Position numbers and translations under genes: made by a program. Below, piece by piece: positions 13,083 to 25,587 of a stretch of DNA of 64,000 bases. Position 1 is the stretch's first letter. The number at the start of each line of letters is the position of its first letter. The notes beneath the pieces are model-generated. The model did not search any database. It was not told where the DNA came from and was given only the letters and a program-made list of their open reading frames with translations. Origin of the DNA: Chara braunii (taxonomy: Eukaryota; Plantae; Charophyceae); assembly GCA_003427395.1 (NCBI GenBank), contig BFEA01000004.1, positions 1,519,874-1,583,873 of the forward strand, in the 5' to 3' direction.

Positions 13083-13247
13083 GAGTCACTAAAACGAGTT
13101 AGAATTGCACTATGGGGCAAGATACAGTTTGCAACTGCACTTGGGGCACCGTACCTGGCCAGAGAGATGGGTTGTATACATTGCCCAAGCTGCGATTCGA
13201 AACTGTATCTTGACCCATAGAGCAAATATAACTCATTTGTGTGACTC
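13083..13247. mobile_element. 165-bp MITE-like element with ~48-bp TIRs, copy 1
   Basis: GAGTCAC..GAGTTA.AATTGCACTATGGGGCAAGATACAGTTT at one end and AAACTGTATCTTGACCCATAG..AACTC..GTGACTC at the other. A second copy lies at 58743-58907. Confidence 0.8.
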
Positions 13248-13508
13248 TGGCGTAGTTTCCGCCGCAAAAAAAGAAGTAAACGAATGGGTTAAAGAAAGAC
13301 TCCGGCGTTAAAACAAGGTAAATGGAAGCATCCTTCCAGATACCACCTCGCAACTGGGCTAAAGAAAGACCCTATTAATACCTAACAGGGGGGGCAGGCC
13401 AACCATCTCTCAGTTGGTTGGCACCAAATGTGCCTCAGCCCGTTTTAAAAAAATAGGGATCAAAGTTATTGAGCCCACGAAAAAAAAAAAAAAAAAAAAA
13501 AGTAAAAA

Positions 13509-13569
13509 GTTATTGAACCCACGACCTCCTGAATGGCACTTGTGTTGCCTAAGCAACTGAGCTATGTCA
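13509..13569 (-). repeat. tRNA-derived SINE head / tRNA pseudogene
   Basis: Minus strand has A-box-like TAGCTCAGTTG and B-box-like GGTTCAA; no intact cloverleaf. Confidence 0.55.
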
Positions 13570-14821
13570 GTTGCTTTGGTCATGACGATCGCAGCCGAAG
13601 GAAAGAAAAAGAAAAGGGAAATTTTTAATTGAAAAAGTATTAAAAAAAAAAGAGCATAAGTTTGTGGCAGTCATCTGCTCTCTAGTTACAACCAGAATGA
13701 CCTCTCAAGGAGGAGGACAACTCACATAAACCACACCTCCCTCAGCACTTCCTTTGAGGAATGCAGCAGCAACTTTGAGGAATGCAGTCGGCATGAGACA
13801 AATGAGGATCTTCTTCACCCGGATAGAAAGTACAGTTTTTTTATCGCTGTATTCGGGACTGAGGACATAATCACTCGGCGACCCCAAATCCACAAAATTT
13901 GCGGATTTGGGAAGGGCCGATTTGAGGTTTTGGGCATGGTTCACGCCACACTGCTGTACCTTTTCAGACGGGACAAGGTGGCAGCCGTCTGGAGAAATGG
14001 GGATTTGGTACTTGGCTGGTCATACGGCGCCATCCACAAATTGTGCAAGAACTTTTGTGAACGAAATTTTGCCAATTTTTGAAGAAAATGCAAAAAAAAA
14101 AAGGGCATTTGCGGTCACCTCCAGAGGTGACCGCAAAATCCCTTGCCCCGCGGCTTCCCAGACCGCTGACAAATGGGCACAGGAATAGTACATTTGTGAA
14201 TTTGGTAGATCTGCGTGACCGGCCTTTTGGCCCTTTTCCCCTTTTTTTTGGAATTTTGGGAGTTAGGTCCCCGTGTGAGTATGCCCTGAGAGTTGGCCCA
14301 AATACAGCGAGTGTAATGACCGTACGTCCTTGGCTCCATAATACGAGTCCATATCCATTCTGGGAAGCGTCAGTGCGGTTCCAGTCAGTGCGGTTCCGAC
14401 TCCACCAGCAAGTCAATACAAGAGTAATCCAACACATACCCACTTACGCCTCCTTCCATACGGCGGAAGGATCCCTGAACAGCATTGACATTGATTGCTC
14501 CAGTTGGTGGAGGATAGACTGTCAGCTTGCCTTTCCCTGTAGTTCCTCTCAGGCTCTCCAGTAAAGAACCCGACAGATAAAAATGAATGCCAGAGAAAGT
14601 CCTTTGGGACATCTGTTAAACCACCAGTACTTGGCCCAGCTATCGGCCGCGGCGCTTCCCCATTAACGTGCCGTGCCTTTAGGGCTTCGGGGTACCGGAC
14701 CACAATGGCTGGAAGCGCCAGCCAAAAACAAAACGAAACGGTACCCCGGCGCTTCAGCAAAAATCGGCGCGCAGGGGCATTCCAGGCTCGGCATCGATAG
14801 CTGGGCCAAGTACTGGTGGTT

Positions 14822-14892
14822 TAAAATTGGAATGATACAGAGAAGGGTGATTAGCATGGATGGCCCCTGCGCATAAATCGAAGAAATGGTCG
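14822..14892 (+). pseudogene. U6: U6 snRNA-derived copy 3 (5'-truncated, internal deletion, A tail)
   Basis: taaaattggaatgatacagagaagggtgattagcatggatggcccctgcgca-taaatcgaagaaatggtc followed by an A run. The AGGATGACAC segment is deleted between the cgca repeats. Confidence 0.88.
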
Positions 14893-14904
14893 GAAAAAAA
14901 ATAT

Positions 14905-15101
14905 GTATATATCGTCAAACAGAGCTGCCCGGTAAACCGTATGCAGACTCGGAGAGGGAGAAGAGGACAACAAACGAGGGGCTGTGACAAACTGTTTCGT
15001 CGGAGTTTCACCGACTCATCAGGAGGCTGAACCCTATATATATGTATACATATATTGTCAAACAGAGCTGCCCGGTAAAGCGTAGGCGGAGAGGGAGAAG
15101 A
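14905..15101 (-). mobile_element. Partial-tandem (TA)n-anchored repeat with hammerhead-ribozyme-like core, copy 2 (+ 50-bp third terminus)
   Basis: Minus strand 15022-14986 reads CTGATGA-GTCGG(tgaaact)CCGAC-GAA-ACA(gtt)TGT-C. The terminus gtcaaacagagctgcccggtaaa occurs at ~14913 and ~15057, each next to TA repeats. Confidence 0.6.
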
Positions 15102-15960
15102 TTTCAGTTTAGACCAGCTAAGCATGCGTCGAAACCATGATAGGGTGTCTATGCTGGCGAGCACGAATGGTTTGTTATCTGGGATTGCTTTTTTTGCAGG
15201 CAAGGGTGTTGATTGATATTCTGGTTGGTCATTGTCCCATCGTTTGGCCTGTGATGTAGGGGGCGGTGCTTGCATGTGGGACTTGTCATCTAGAATCTGC
15301 TATGTTTGTTTCCCCCTGTTTTGTAATATTTGGCTGCCCACTTCCTCTTTGCCTTTTGGCTGTGTGCAAGTGGGTCGATATGACACACGGGGTTGGGGGC
15401 AGCCGCCGCTCAACAACATCCACGTGGGCGGCTGTGTACGCAAGAGGTTCTGAACAGGGGGAGTTGTAAGTTAGAAGATAAAAAACAAATTGATATCTTT
15501 CTTGTTTCCTTTCCTTTTTTTTTTGTCGCTTTTGCGCTCTGACATCTTTGTGACAATATTTATAAGTTTATAACCACAACTGGGGTTAAGGTGTTTTATG
15601 TCACTTACAGTGTAATCAGTTAGGACATTCTTCGACCGCCTCGCCCCTAACAGGCCATCTTCAGGGGTTAGCGCACCGTGAGACACACAATAGAGACAAG
15701 TGTAGCATTATTATATACCTACATCCATCCTAATAGACACTAGCTAAGTTCCCAAGAACCGGACCGAAACAGAGAGAACCCAGGGTACCAATACCAAATT
15801 AGAGGATTCCAGACCGGCCCAGATGGGCCCAGCAATGCACCTGGTCATAGTCCTGCAGAATCATAGGGTCCACCAAGTAAAACAGCGAACCCAGTTGTTC
15901 CAGACCCCTCCAGACTTTATATTAAAATTTATCAATGCCTGCCATTCCCTGGTCAAAAAC

Positions 15961-15999
<39 letters not shown>

Positions 16000-16639
16000 C
16001 AGAAAGTCCCGAAGCATGAGTTCTATTTTCAAAGACCAAAGAAGGTAGGGGGCTTCGCTGGCAGTCTGTGTGAACCTCCTTTTCCCAATGCGGATTTTGT
16101 TGCGCGCCAATTCCTGCTGAACCAGTGTGGGCAAGCTTTTTGCCTGGCAGTGCCAGCCTGTTCTGTCTGGTAAGCCGGAGCCACGATTTTCTGGTGGGTG
16201 GACTGGCACATCGGAACAAAATAGCCGGGAAATGGACTGGTGGTTAAAAAATAATAAAAATTAATAATTATCAATTAAAAAAAAAAAACATAATGAATAA
16301 ACAAAACAAAACAGATTCATTGTCTTTCGTGGTTTGATTGGAAAGAAAAGAAAAAAAAATCGTAGTTTGATTTCATGGGTAAGTGGCAGCAACCGATCAA
16401 CCGCTACAGCGTTAGCTCACCCTTTTTTTTTTTATTATTATTTTTTTTTATTTTAAAGGCTGCCTTCTCCTCATCGGGGACGGCCATATATTTTTCTCAC
16501 ACCTCACATATTTTTTAACCGGCGTTCTGCCATGTCATGGAAAACATATCTTTTTTTTTTTTCAAAACTACACTATGTTCTTCTCTCAAATTCCTTTTTT
16601 CACCTTTCACTACCTTCCTACCACTACTCCTAAGACTAT

Positions 16640-17000
16640 ATAGAGGGGACCCCTGCAAGCATAGGGCCTCGCAAGCGAGGTAATTCATGTTGCCCCCCGC
16701 CCCAACAGCGGTAGTCAGGAATGGGGTGGGGCCGCCGGTGGGGGTCCAGCTAACGCAAAGACCGAGCATTTTGCCAGTAGCTGTGCCTCCCTTTCTCATC
16801 GTCCCCCACCCCTCATCAAGTAGCAGCAGAGGCTATGGCCAACGCTCTCCCACACACCACACACAACCCACCTGCGCTCACACTCACACCCGTGTTGGTC
16901 ATAGACCCAGCAAATACCGATCAGGGGTATCCAGAGGACTATCACAGTCCACTGGCACTAAGTGTGCCGCAGGTGGCCATGGAAAACATATCTTGCTATA
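16640..17000 (-). mobile_element. Decayed LINE ORF2 fragment
   Basis: Shares aggggacccctgcaa..catg..cccccgc with the LINE fragment at 12685-12760. Confidence 0.45.
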
Positions 17001-18138
17001 CAAGGGACCCTTTTTGACTTTTTTTTATTTAAGCCGTAACCCTAACTAACGTTATTGAGCAGTGGAAATATCATTTTGCTCTCTAAAAAAAAAAAAAAAA
17101 AAACTGACCAGCGGCAACTGATAATCCATATGGCACAAAGTTGAGCAGTGGAATATCATTTTGCTCTCTAAAAAAAAAAAAAAAAAAACTGACCAGCGGC
17201 AACTGATAATCCATATGGCACAAAGTTGGTTCACCCTTCTGTTTACCCCCCCAACCCACAAAAAAAAAAAAAACCTTCTGTTTCGCCGTTTTTCAAGGGG
17301 TAGTAGTCCCTACAATTATTGTATCCATCACATTCGAACTCATGATCTGTTTAACTTTTTTCTGTTTACAGGCGAGCGCACAACCGTTCCTTGTCTTCGG
17401 CATTTTGACGACGGCACTTGCAATCGGACATCAAGCTCTGTGAAGATGCGAGTTGCAGCTGAGGCACTCAGAGGCAGATATAGGCTTAGCGGGCGGTGGC
17501 ATCTGTATTTAATTATCTTTTGGATATTCTTGATGGAGCAAGATGGACTGTTCCAGAATAATTGATTTCTTTGAGGAGTTTTGACGGCTGTCTTCAGGCG
17601 AAGCTTTCTGCTTCAGTCATCAAGTGCTGGGAGGGAGATTGGGATTGGTTTTCATGACCTTGTGGGGTTGCGGTAGGGATAGGTTTGACCGAGACTGCCT
17701 TGGTTAGCCCGTTTGGCCGCAGCAAATGATGTAAGGGACGCCAGGCCCGTTTCCCGGTTATATGATATCTGCTTTGTTCAGGGGGAAAAGAAAAAAAAAA
17801 GTGCTTGGAGGGAGAAGGGGAGGCAAGTCCTGAAGAGGGAGCAAAATAGAGAAAATTTGAAATGCATTTGGTATCCCATAGAGATGTTTTCTAGTACAAC
17901 CTTAATTTCTTCTCAAAAGGGCACATGAGGGGCAAACAGCATGCTGCAGGTGTGGTCATCCCACACACAAGTATTTCCAGCTTCAGCAAGCTTGAGGAGG
18001 TTGCAGGCTTGAGGGGATCACAGGCTGAGTGTGATGGACATGAGCATTTGAGAGGATGAGGGAGCAAGTTGGAATAGAAAGGTCATGCCAAGGACAATAA
18101 CAGTAATCTGGCGGTCCAGGCCTCAGAATGCAGGGGGG

Positions 18139-18139
<1 letters not shown>

Positions 18140-18213
<74 letters not shown>

Positions 18214-18252
18214 GGAGAGGGAGGGAGAGGAAGGGGAGGGGGGGAAGAGAGN

Positions 18253-18305
<53 letters not shown>
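18140..18305. repeat. (GA)n microsatellites
   Basis: Direct observation. Confidence 0.96.
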
Positions 18306-18308
<3 letters not shown>

Positions 18309-18471
18309 GGGGAAGAGGGAGGGAGAGGAAGGGGAGGGGGGGAAGAGAGGGAGACAGGCGGTGAGGTCATGTGCTTTTGCCTTATCATTGGCTGGTTGGG
18401 AAGAGAGGGAGACAGGCGGTGAGGTCGTGTGTGCTTTTGCCTTATCATTGGCTGGTCGATTTACTTATGCG

Positions 18472-19380
18472 GTTAAGTTCTTGGCAGACGAGCGATCTGA
18501 GGCTTGTGGTTTCAACTTTCAAGTTTGCGTCAGCTTCTTGGAAGCTCAAATTAAGTTTATGAGTTTTAGATATACATATATATATTTAGAGCAACACAAG
18601 AGGCATAACAACTTCCAGTGCCTCAATGGTTTGTGCAGTATAGGCAAGAATGCTGTGTGTATGTGTTATTTTGAACCTTTTTCCATTTTGTCATTGTTCT
18701 GTTTCATCACTTTCCTGGCCGCTTACTGTCTGCCTGCTTCATCGAAACCGTTCTTCGACTTTCTGCTTGTGCTCTGCTCTCAGGAATGACCTATCGTATC
18801 ACTTGGCGTATCGCGCACATCTGCAGTGGCCATAGCAGCTGGCACTCTTGGCCTGAGCCTGCTTGCGTGGGAGTTGGACCGGACTGCCTTGGGTTCGTGT
18901 GATTTTGGCAACAATGCAGCTGTACAAGATCAAGATTTTGCCTTTCGGATCTCGAAGTGGTTCTTCAACTTCTTTTGTGGGCTCTGCTTTTGGTCTTGGC
19001 ATATCGTTATCACTACGGATAGGCACACCACATGCGTGCATAACTCACACCCGTAGCCTTAACCATCTTGGGTGTGGGTTACACCTGACTGTCTGCCCAC
19101 TTATAATAACAGTCATAAGTTCATAATGTCTTTCTTTTTGCTATTCCTTGTTTTTATTAACATATCTGGTGTGAGAGTAGGTGATCACATCGATCACCTG
19201 CTCCAACTTTCTTCTCCAGCATTCCCTCTCTCGGATGGGCTCATCAATCGGCCGTTTTGTCGTGAAGAGAATGTAGGTACCTACCTACCTGGTCCAACTT
19301 CCTGGCAGATTTACCTATGCGGTCCAGAGTTCGATTCTGTCTCAAGGACCAATAATCAGCGCTTGTCCAGCCACTCGTCC
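18472..19380. repeat. Unclassified dispersed repeat, copy 1 (second copy 47061-47720)
   Basis: Colinear shared blocks: ggcagacgagc.atctgagg..cttcttggaagctcaaa..gagttttagatat and ggtgtgagagtaggtgat..atcacctgctc. Confidence 0.75.
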
Positions 19381-19648
19381 AGCAAAACTACCGTTCTTCC
19401 TTTTCTCTCTTGCCTTTCTAGCGACGCATAGCCCCTAACAGTAATACGCCCCCGAATCAGTATTTGAACCGGTTGTACGCCTACCAACAGCCATAGGTGT
19501 GTACTATTCGGCCACAGGGCAGGTACACTATCTGTCTATTGTCCCAATTATAGTCCATACACTTTACAAGTTTACACACTGTGTCTGTTCTTTTTTTTTT
19601 TTGGGTGACAGACATAGTGTAGTATGGTAGTACATATTACATGCACAT

Positions 19649-19779
<131 letters not shown>

Positions 19780-20899
19780 GACATGTGGAAAGAAAGAGAG
19801 GATTTGACAAGACACTGTTCCGCGGCAGAGTATGACAAAATCATGAGCATGCGATGTCCTCCACTGGTCAAACATTGCGCTGCACACTGCATTGGTTGGA
19901 ACTGGAAAGGAGTCTTGTCAGAGATTTCCAGTCTTGTCAGTGTTACTGGGACAAAGGCGGCGTGTGCGGGAAAGCTGTCAGGTGCCTACCGGTAGTGATG
20001 TCAAAGAGGATGACTCAGACACCCGTCATGACTATCAAGTTATACACCCTGCGCGGCCCTTGGCGAGAATGTGACTGTGCACAGTCCACAGGGTTTCCAA
20101 TGCACCCTCCGATATGTTCCCATTGGTGGTGTGTCGAATTGCACTACATCAACCCCAGGTTCAGGGTCTCCTGGGGCATGGGGCATGGGGCATGTGGCCT
20201 TTTCTCTCGCAAACTCTCTTGTGGAATTTGTTATGTGTTGGAATTGGAAAGCTGCAAGTATTCTTTCGATTATTAAAGTTTAATTATCGGCCGCAAGGGA
20301 TGCTCAAGAATCACCGGGAAAGAATTTTAAAAAAGGGGCAGAAGAGGGTCAAAATTCACCTCTGGCCAAACATGACTTTCTGGCAAAACATTTTGATCAG
20401 CAAGGGCAGTGCCCGACGACTATTTTACTCGCCCTGGACTGTCTAAAAGGTCCACGCCATTTGCGTTATGGTCATCCTCACTTATCTTACTCTTACATCT
20501 TGCAGGGCTATTCGAGGAGATCCTGAAGGCAAATCCACCTACCAGAAGAAAGGCGAATCCTCCAACCAGGAAGACAAGCGTTCCGCTTCACGCAAGCACT
20601 ACGATGAAGACAGCAAGGGCTGCGATTACAACAGGGAATCCAAGAAATTCCGCGTCGACTCCAACTCCGCAAAATCAGAATCCATCACCAAGGATGACTT
20701 CACCACCCTGTCTTAGCATTTGCTCGTCCATTACCATACCATCCGTGTCAGCAACCCTCCGAAATTTCTCCTCACCACCGTCCAGACCTCCGCAAAGCGA
20801 TCTTCACTCTTCAGGAACCCGCCTTTTGGCTCCGCCCTCCAGAAGACTTATTTGCAGCCTCCACTTCATCCTCTTTCTCCAACTGGAATCTTCTTCTCT

Positions 20900-23058
20900 C
20901 TTCCGCCTCCCGAAGCTTTTCTCACTTTGTTCTTCAATGGATCAAGCATGGAGTCAAACTCAACTTTGTAGGCACTACTCACTCCCCCACCCCCAAGAAG
21001 ATGGAGGTCCGACGCATGCTAAAGGATGTTTGCTCTGCTTCTCAATTCAAGCATGTTCTTAAGCTTAAATTTTCACCCCCAACAACCATCCCTAATCACA
21101 ACCTCCTTCCTCATCACCTCCTCCGTCGCTCAACTTCTTGCTTCTCATGTCATAGAGTTTCCCCCCTCCCCAATCGTCATCAACCCAGTGTTCGTTATTG
21201 GGAGGTCTTCTAAAACAATATTCATTCTGAACGTCAGATTTGTTAACCTCTTCCTCTCCTTTCCTCACTTCCACTATGAATCCTTCGACGATTTGTTAAT
21301 TGTCCTTTCTGGTCATTCTACTCAGGATTTTCTTACTTGCTTCAACATAAAGAATGGTTGTTATTCACCCTGAGCACCGTCCTTTCTTTGCTTTTAATTG
21401 GAATGAAGCCCCTAATCGTCATCAACCCAGTGTTCGCTATTGAAAACAAGATTCATTCTGAATGTCAGATTTGTTAACCTCTTCCTTTCCTTTCCTCACT
21501 TCCACTATGAATCCTTCGACGATCTGTTAACTGCCCTTTCTGGTCATTCTACTCAGGATTTTCTAACTTGCTTCAACAAAAAGAGTGGTTGTTATCGCAT
21601 TCCTATTAACCTTGAGCATTGTCCTTTCTTCGCTTTTAATTGGAATGAAGCAAACTATCACTTCAACACACTTTGCTTTGGTGTTTCGTCAGCATGTTGG
21701 ATTTTCACCACTGTAATGCAAGAAATAATGACTGAACTTAGAATTTGCAACGTCCTTATCTCCTCCTATATTGATGACTCTGCTCTAGCAAACTCCTTCA
21801 TCCCTTCCCTTATCTGGCAAAGATTCAACAATGTCGCCCTCCTTCACAATTTCGGTTTCTTTCTCAGTATCAACAAGTGTTCCTTTCTTCCATCCCAATC
21901 CATTAAATATCTAGGATTCATTCTGGATTCGCACCACAAGATAATTAAAGTTCCAGATGACAAGGCTCGAAAGATCACTCAACCCATTAATGAACTTTTA
22001 TCTGAACCAATTTAAAGTGGATCACTTGCAAAAGTTGCAGGAAAGTTAGCCTCACTCCCTAAAGCCTTCCTTCCAGCCCCACTTTTTCTATCATCCCTCT
22101 ACGATTCCATCTCATCAGAAAATTGAGACTCTATCATCTCCATCTTCAACAATCTTACCCTAGACCTAACCTGGTGGCTTCATCACATACCTTTTTTCCC
22201 TTGCCGCTTTTAGATTGTTAGAAAAAACACCCTTTTCATCGCAACAGACGCTTCGTCCTCGCAAATTACAACAATCATTAAACTCCTTCTCAATAATGAA
22301 ATTATTTTCAATGATGCCTCCCTATCGAACCCCTTGACTCGTCTTCCACTCATCGCGAACTGTATGCAGTCCTTCAAACCTTCATCTTCCTTTTTCTCAA
22401 CCATGAGGACCTCTTGCTATCAACCTCAATCAGGCTTCACCTGGACAGTCAAGCATTTTTTTTCCTACTTGCAGACATATGTTCCTCGGACCCAATCTTC
22501 AACCCATGGCTCAGAAACATTGCATCCATCTTAATCACATGTGACACCTCCCTCCACCCTATCCGGGTTCCCCGCGAACTTAACCAACACGCCAACCATA
22601 TATCCCAAATTAAGGATAACTCGGATTGGGGTATTTCATCGCATGTTCTGAAATATATTTTGGCGGAACTCGATGCTCCGACAATCGACCTCTTCGGTTC
22701 GGATTATCACCACGTCTGCCCTACATTTATCTCCAAAGATGGTCAAGTCACGCTCTAAACGTCGAAGCCCTATCCCTTGATTGGAACAACCTTCCAAGCA
22801 AACCCTACAGATGGATTTTTCCCTGACATCTCTCATAAACTCAATCTTATCTCGTACAACACTCTCCCCTACCCTTTATCTACTTATCGTGCCCAACTCC
22901 CCTAAACCTACCTGGTTCCCAAGACCTCAGCAGCAAAACATACTTGGAATTTCAAAATTCCCCAATCCTCATTCTCCTGCATTCCTAGTCCGAGAGTCCA
23001 TCCTTCCTTCTTCAAACCCACATTATCCGATCTAAAGGCTTTCTTATTTCAAACTTAA
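20900..23058 (+). pseudogene. DIRS pol: reverse transcriptase, RNase H, Dam-like N6-adenine methyltransferase domain
   Basis: RT: YHFNTLCFGVSSACWIFT, SSYIDDS, NKCSFLPSQSIKYLGFILDS. RNase H: FIATDASS (~22240). Methylase-like: DWGIS..IDLFGS..FIS..VEALSLDW..YRWIFP..LLIVP..TWFP. Several frameshifts and stops, and a ~240-bp internal tandem duplication (21170-21650). Confidence 0.88.
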
Positions 23059-24110
23059 TTTTCACATTTCCTCTTCCAACCACGCTTCATTCCATACCCA
23101 TACCACATAAACGCTCTCACACTCTTCCAAGTTTCCTGACGCATAATCTTTCCCAAACTTCATCCTTCCTCTATTCCAGCCTGAACTCCACCTAATCGGA
23201 AACTACGCCCTGTCTCCCCTTCAAACACCCCCGCCTCCCCAAACCACTTCTCAATTCGCTTATTGAATTCACTACCACCTAATGCACCACCGCCACGACG
23301 ACCTCGGAACAAGTAACCACTTCTCACATCCTGCCCTATCCGTTCGTAAGCAACTATCAAATCACCCAGAATTCATAAAAATGTTTCCTCCCCCTCTATA
23401 GGCTCGCGCAATCTTATCAAGAATTTTCCACCTTGCCGATCAGTTTTTGTATATTCAAGTCTCACTGTCCTCTCCCCTATGTTGATTTTCGAATATTGTA
23501 AACTCAATCCCTCTCCGCACTACTGCCAACTCTCCCATGAATAAAGAAAGATTGCAGCATCCCTGTATGCCTCAGCTTCCGCCACTCCTTTTAATGTTAA
23601 AATTTTATTTCTAATAAACTGTATAACAATCCCTAATTTCTCCCATCGCAATGGTCGTGCGGACTCCTCCGTCACTCTCCTCTGCAACGCATATTCTCGA
23701 TACACTTTTCGAAACGCCTTCACTCGACTACTCTAACAAGGGTCATCACTCTCCTTCCCTAACAATCAAAAGTTGTTGCTCAAGCAATTTATGGCAGCAT
23801 CAACAGTGGAAGGAGATACAATAGGAGTTCCCTCCAAATCTGCGGTTCGACACTGCCCTTCCACCTCTATCAACCACTAGTTACTTATAAAGGATAAAAT
23901 ATAAAGATCAATGCATCACATGCAATCTCGCCCAACATTATTTATCTCTAACCACTCATTCAACCCAAGTAACAATTTTCGCATTCTATTGCGCCATCGC
24001 CGCCCACACCCAAACTCATCAATTACATTGCTGCATGACTCCAACCCGCTCTCGTTGAGTCCTTCATGCTCCAGACTGTTTTTCTTTTGTCGCCAGCTTC
24101 CATCGCTCAT
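23055..24110 (-). pseudogene. Tyrosine recombinase of the DIRS/PAT element
   Basis: Minus strand: YRDAAIFLYSWESWQ*GEG (box I), YTKTDRQG, GYLFR, TGRSFRLGG (HxxR region), TWKS..FMWY (catalytic W/Y region). Several in-frame stops. Confidence 0.82.
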
Positions 24111-25587
24111 GTGCTCATTCCACCATTCCCTGCAAGACGACCACGTCACTTGGGGGACGATGAGGGAGATGGGATGGTTCAGGAGGTGTGTGGGCCTGCA
24201 GCCCCCAACTCCTCGACTCTCCTATTCGATCTGGCATCATCAAAGGTATGAAAATTTTTTATTTTATTTCGACTAGACCTGTGCAGCAATTGTCCTACCA
24301 CTTGTCACAGTTGGTCTTTCCTTACCTCGGTCACCAGCAGCGGACGTCGGCAGTTACTGAGTCGTTTCGGTAACAAAATCGTTTCCTTACACGCTACTAC
24401 TCGGCAACACTTCTTCGTAGCCGTGCATTTTCAAGATCTACGGTTCACATTCACATTCAATACTACCGACGGTGTAAAGGTATCAACATTATTTGCGGCA
24501 CTCAGTTGGAGTTGGAGTTCGGTCTGGACCAAGGACTGCAAGGCATTCGAATCGGGATCAACGACCACGAGGAGGAGGTTGTTTTTTGGGACCTACGACT
24601 GAGGCAACTGGATCAGGACCAAGATTTAGGCAATTGGTTCAGGCCAAAGGACCAAGGAACTTACCCAGGATGCATTTGGACGTCGCTGGCCCGAATGGGA
24701 TTACTCCCTCCGCCCGCGATGGTATAAGTTACAGGCAGTGCCGCAGTGGAGGCAAGCTGCGGAACTTGCTGAATCTGCTGAACTTCCCTCGAACCTCCCT
24801 CGGTTGACCATCCGCCAGCAGCACTCAGCGCGTACGCAAATCTGCAATCACACAGTCACTTCTATCAGCTGGTCTGAGGAGAGTCATTTCTTCTTCGCCA
24901 ATTTTGGCGAAGCGGGTCTCACCCACCCTCGATCTTCCCACGGTGTGTGGGCCTTCGGCCGCCAACACGGCGACTCTCCTATTAAATCTGGCATCATCAA
25001 AGGGATAAAAATTCTCTATTTTATTTGGACTAGATATGTGCATGAGGGTCGCCGGACCCATTTTCCGGCTTTTATAATTCAAAAGTGGTCATTGTATGAA
25101 CCAACCCGCAGTGCCTGGACACTCTGGCCGCAAACAGAAAAAAAAAAAAAAAAAAGTAATTAAAAAAAAACTTTAAAAAGGGGTTTGATGAAGAGGAAAA
25201 GAAAGGGAAAAAAAGGCGGCCCACGGAGGCCGTCCATCCGCGGGGCATGCGCTATGAAGATTCTTTTGAACATTCTTTTTCATCTTGTGGTGTTGCTTCT
25301 TGCGAACATGTTTGTGTGCGCGTCATAAGGTGTCTGCGTGCGTGTCATACCACTTCTACTTCTTTTTACCTTTTTTGGGGAGAGGGGAACAACCTTGAGA
25401 TATCATTCTCGAACTGACTGAGGATCACCCTACGGGACTCGAACACAGGTGGGTATACTAAGGGCCAGATCCCACTGGCAAAGAGGATTATAACAAGTGT
25501 CTGAATTTTGACGTGTTTGTCGATAGGTACACTAAACTGTGATTGATCTGCGTTTCTGCATCTCTGCATGAACATGTCCAGATTCAT

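Noticed and set aside
14219-14231. CGGCCTTTTGGC match to the U2 snRNA 5' end
   Set aside because: Only 12 nt, and the flanks do not continue the match.
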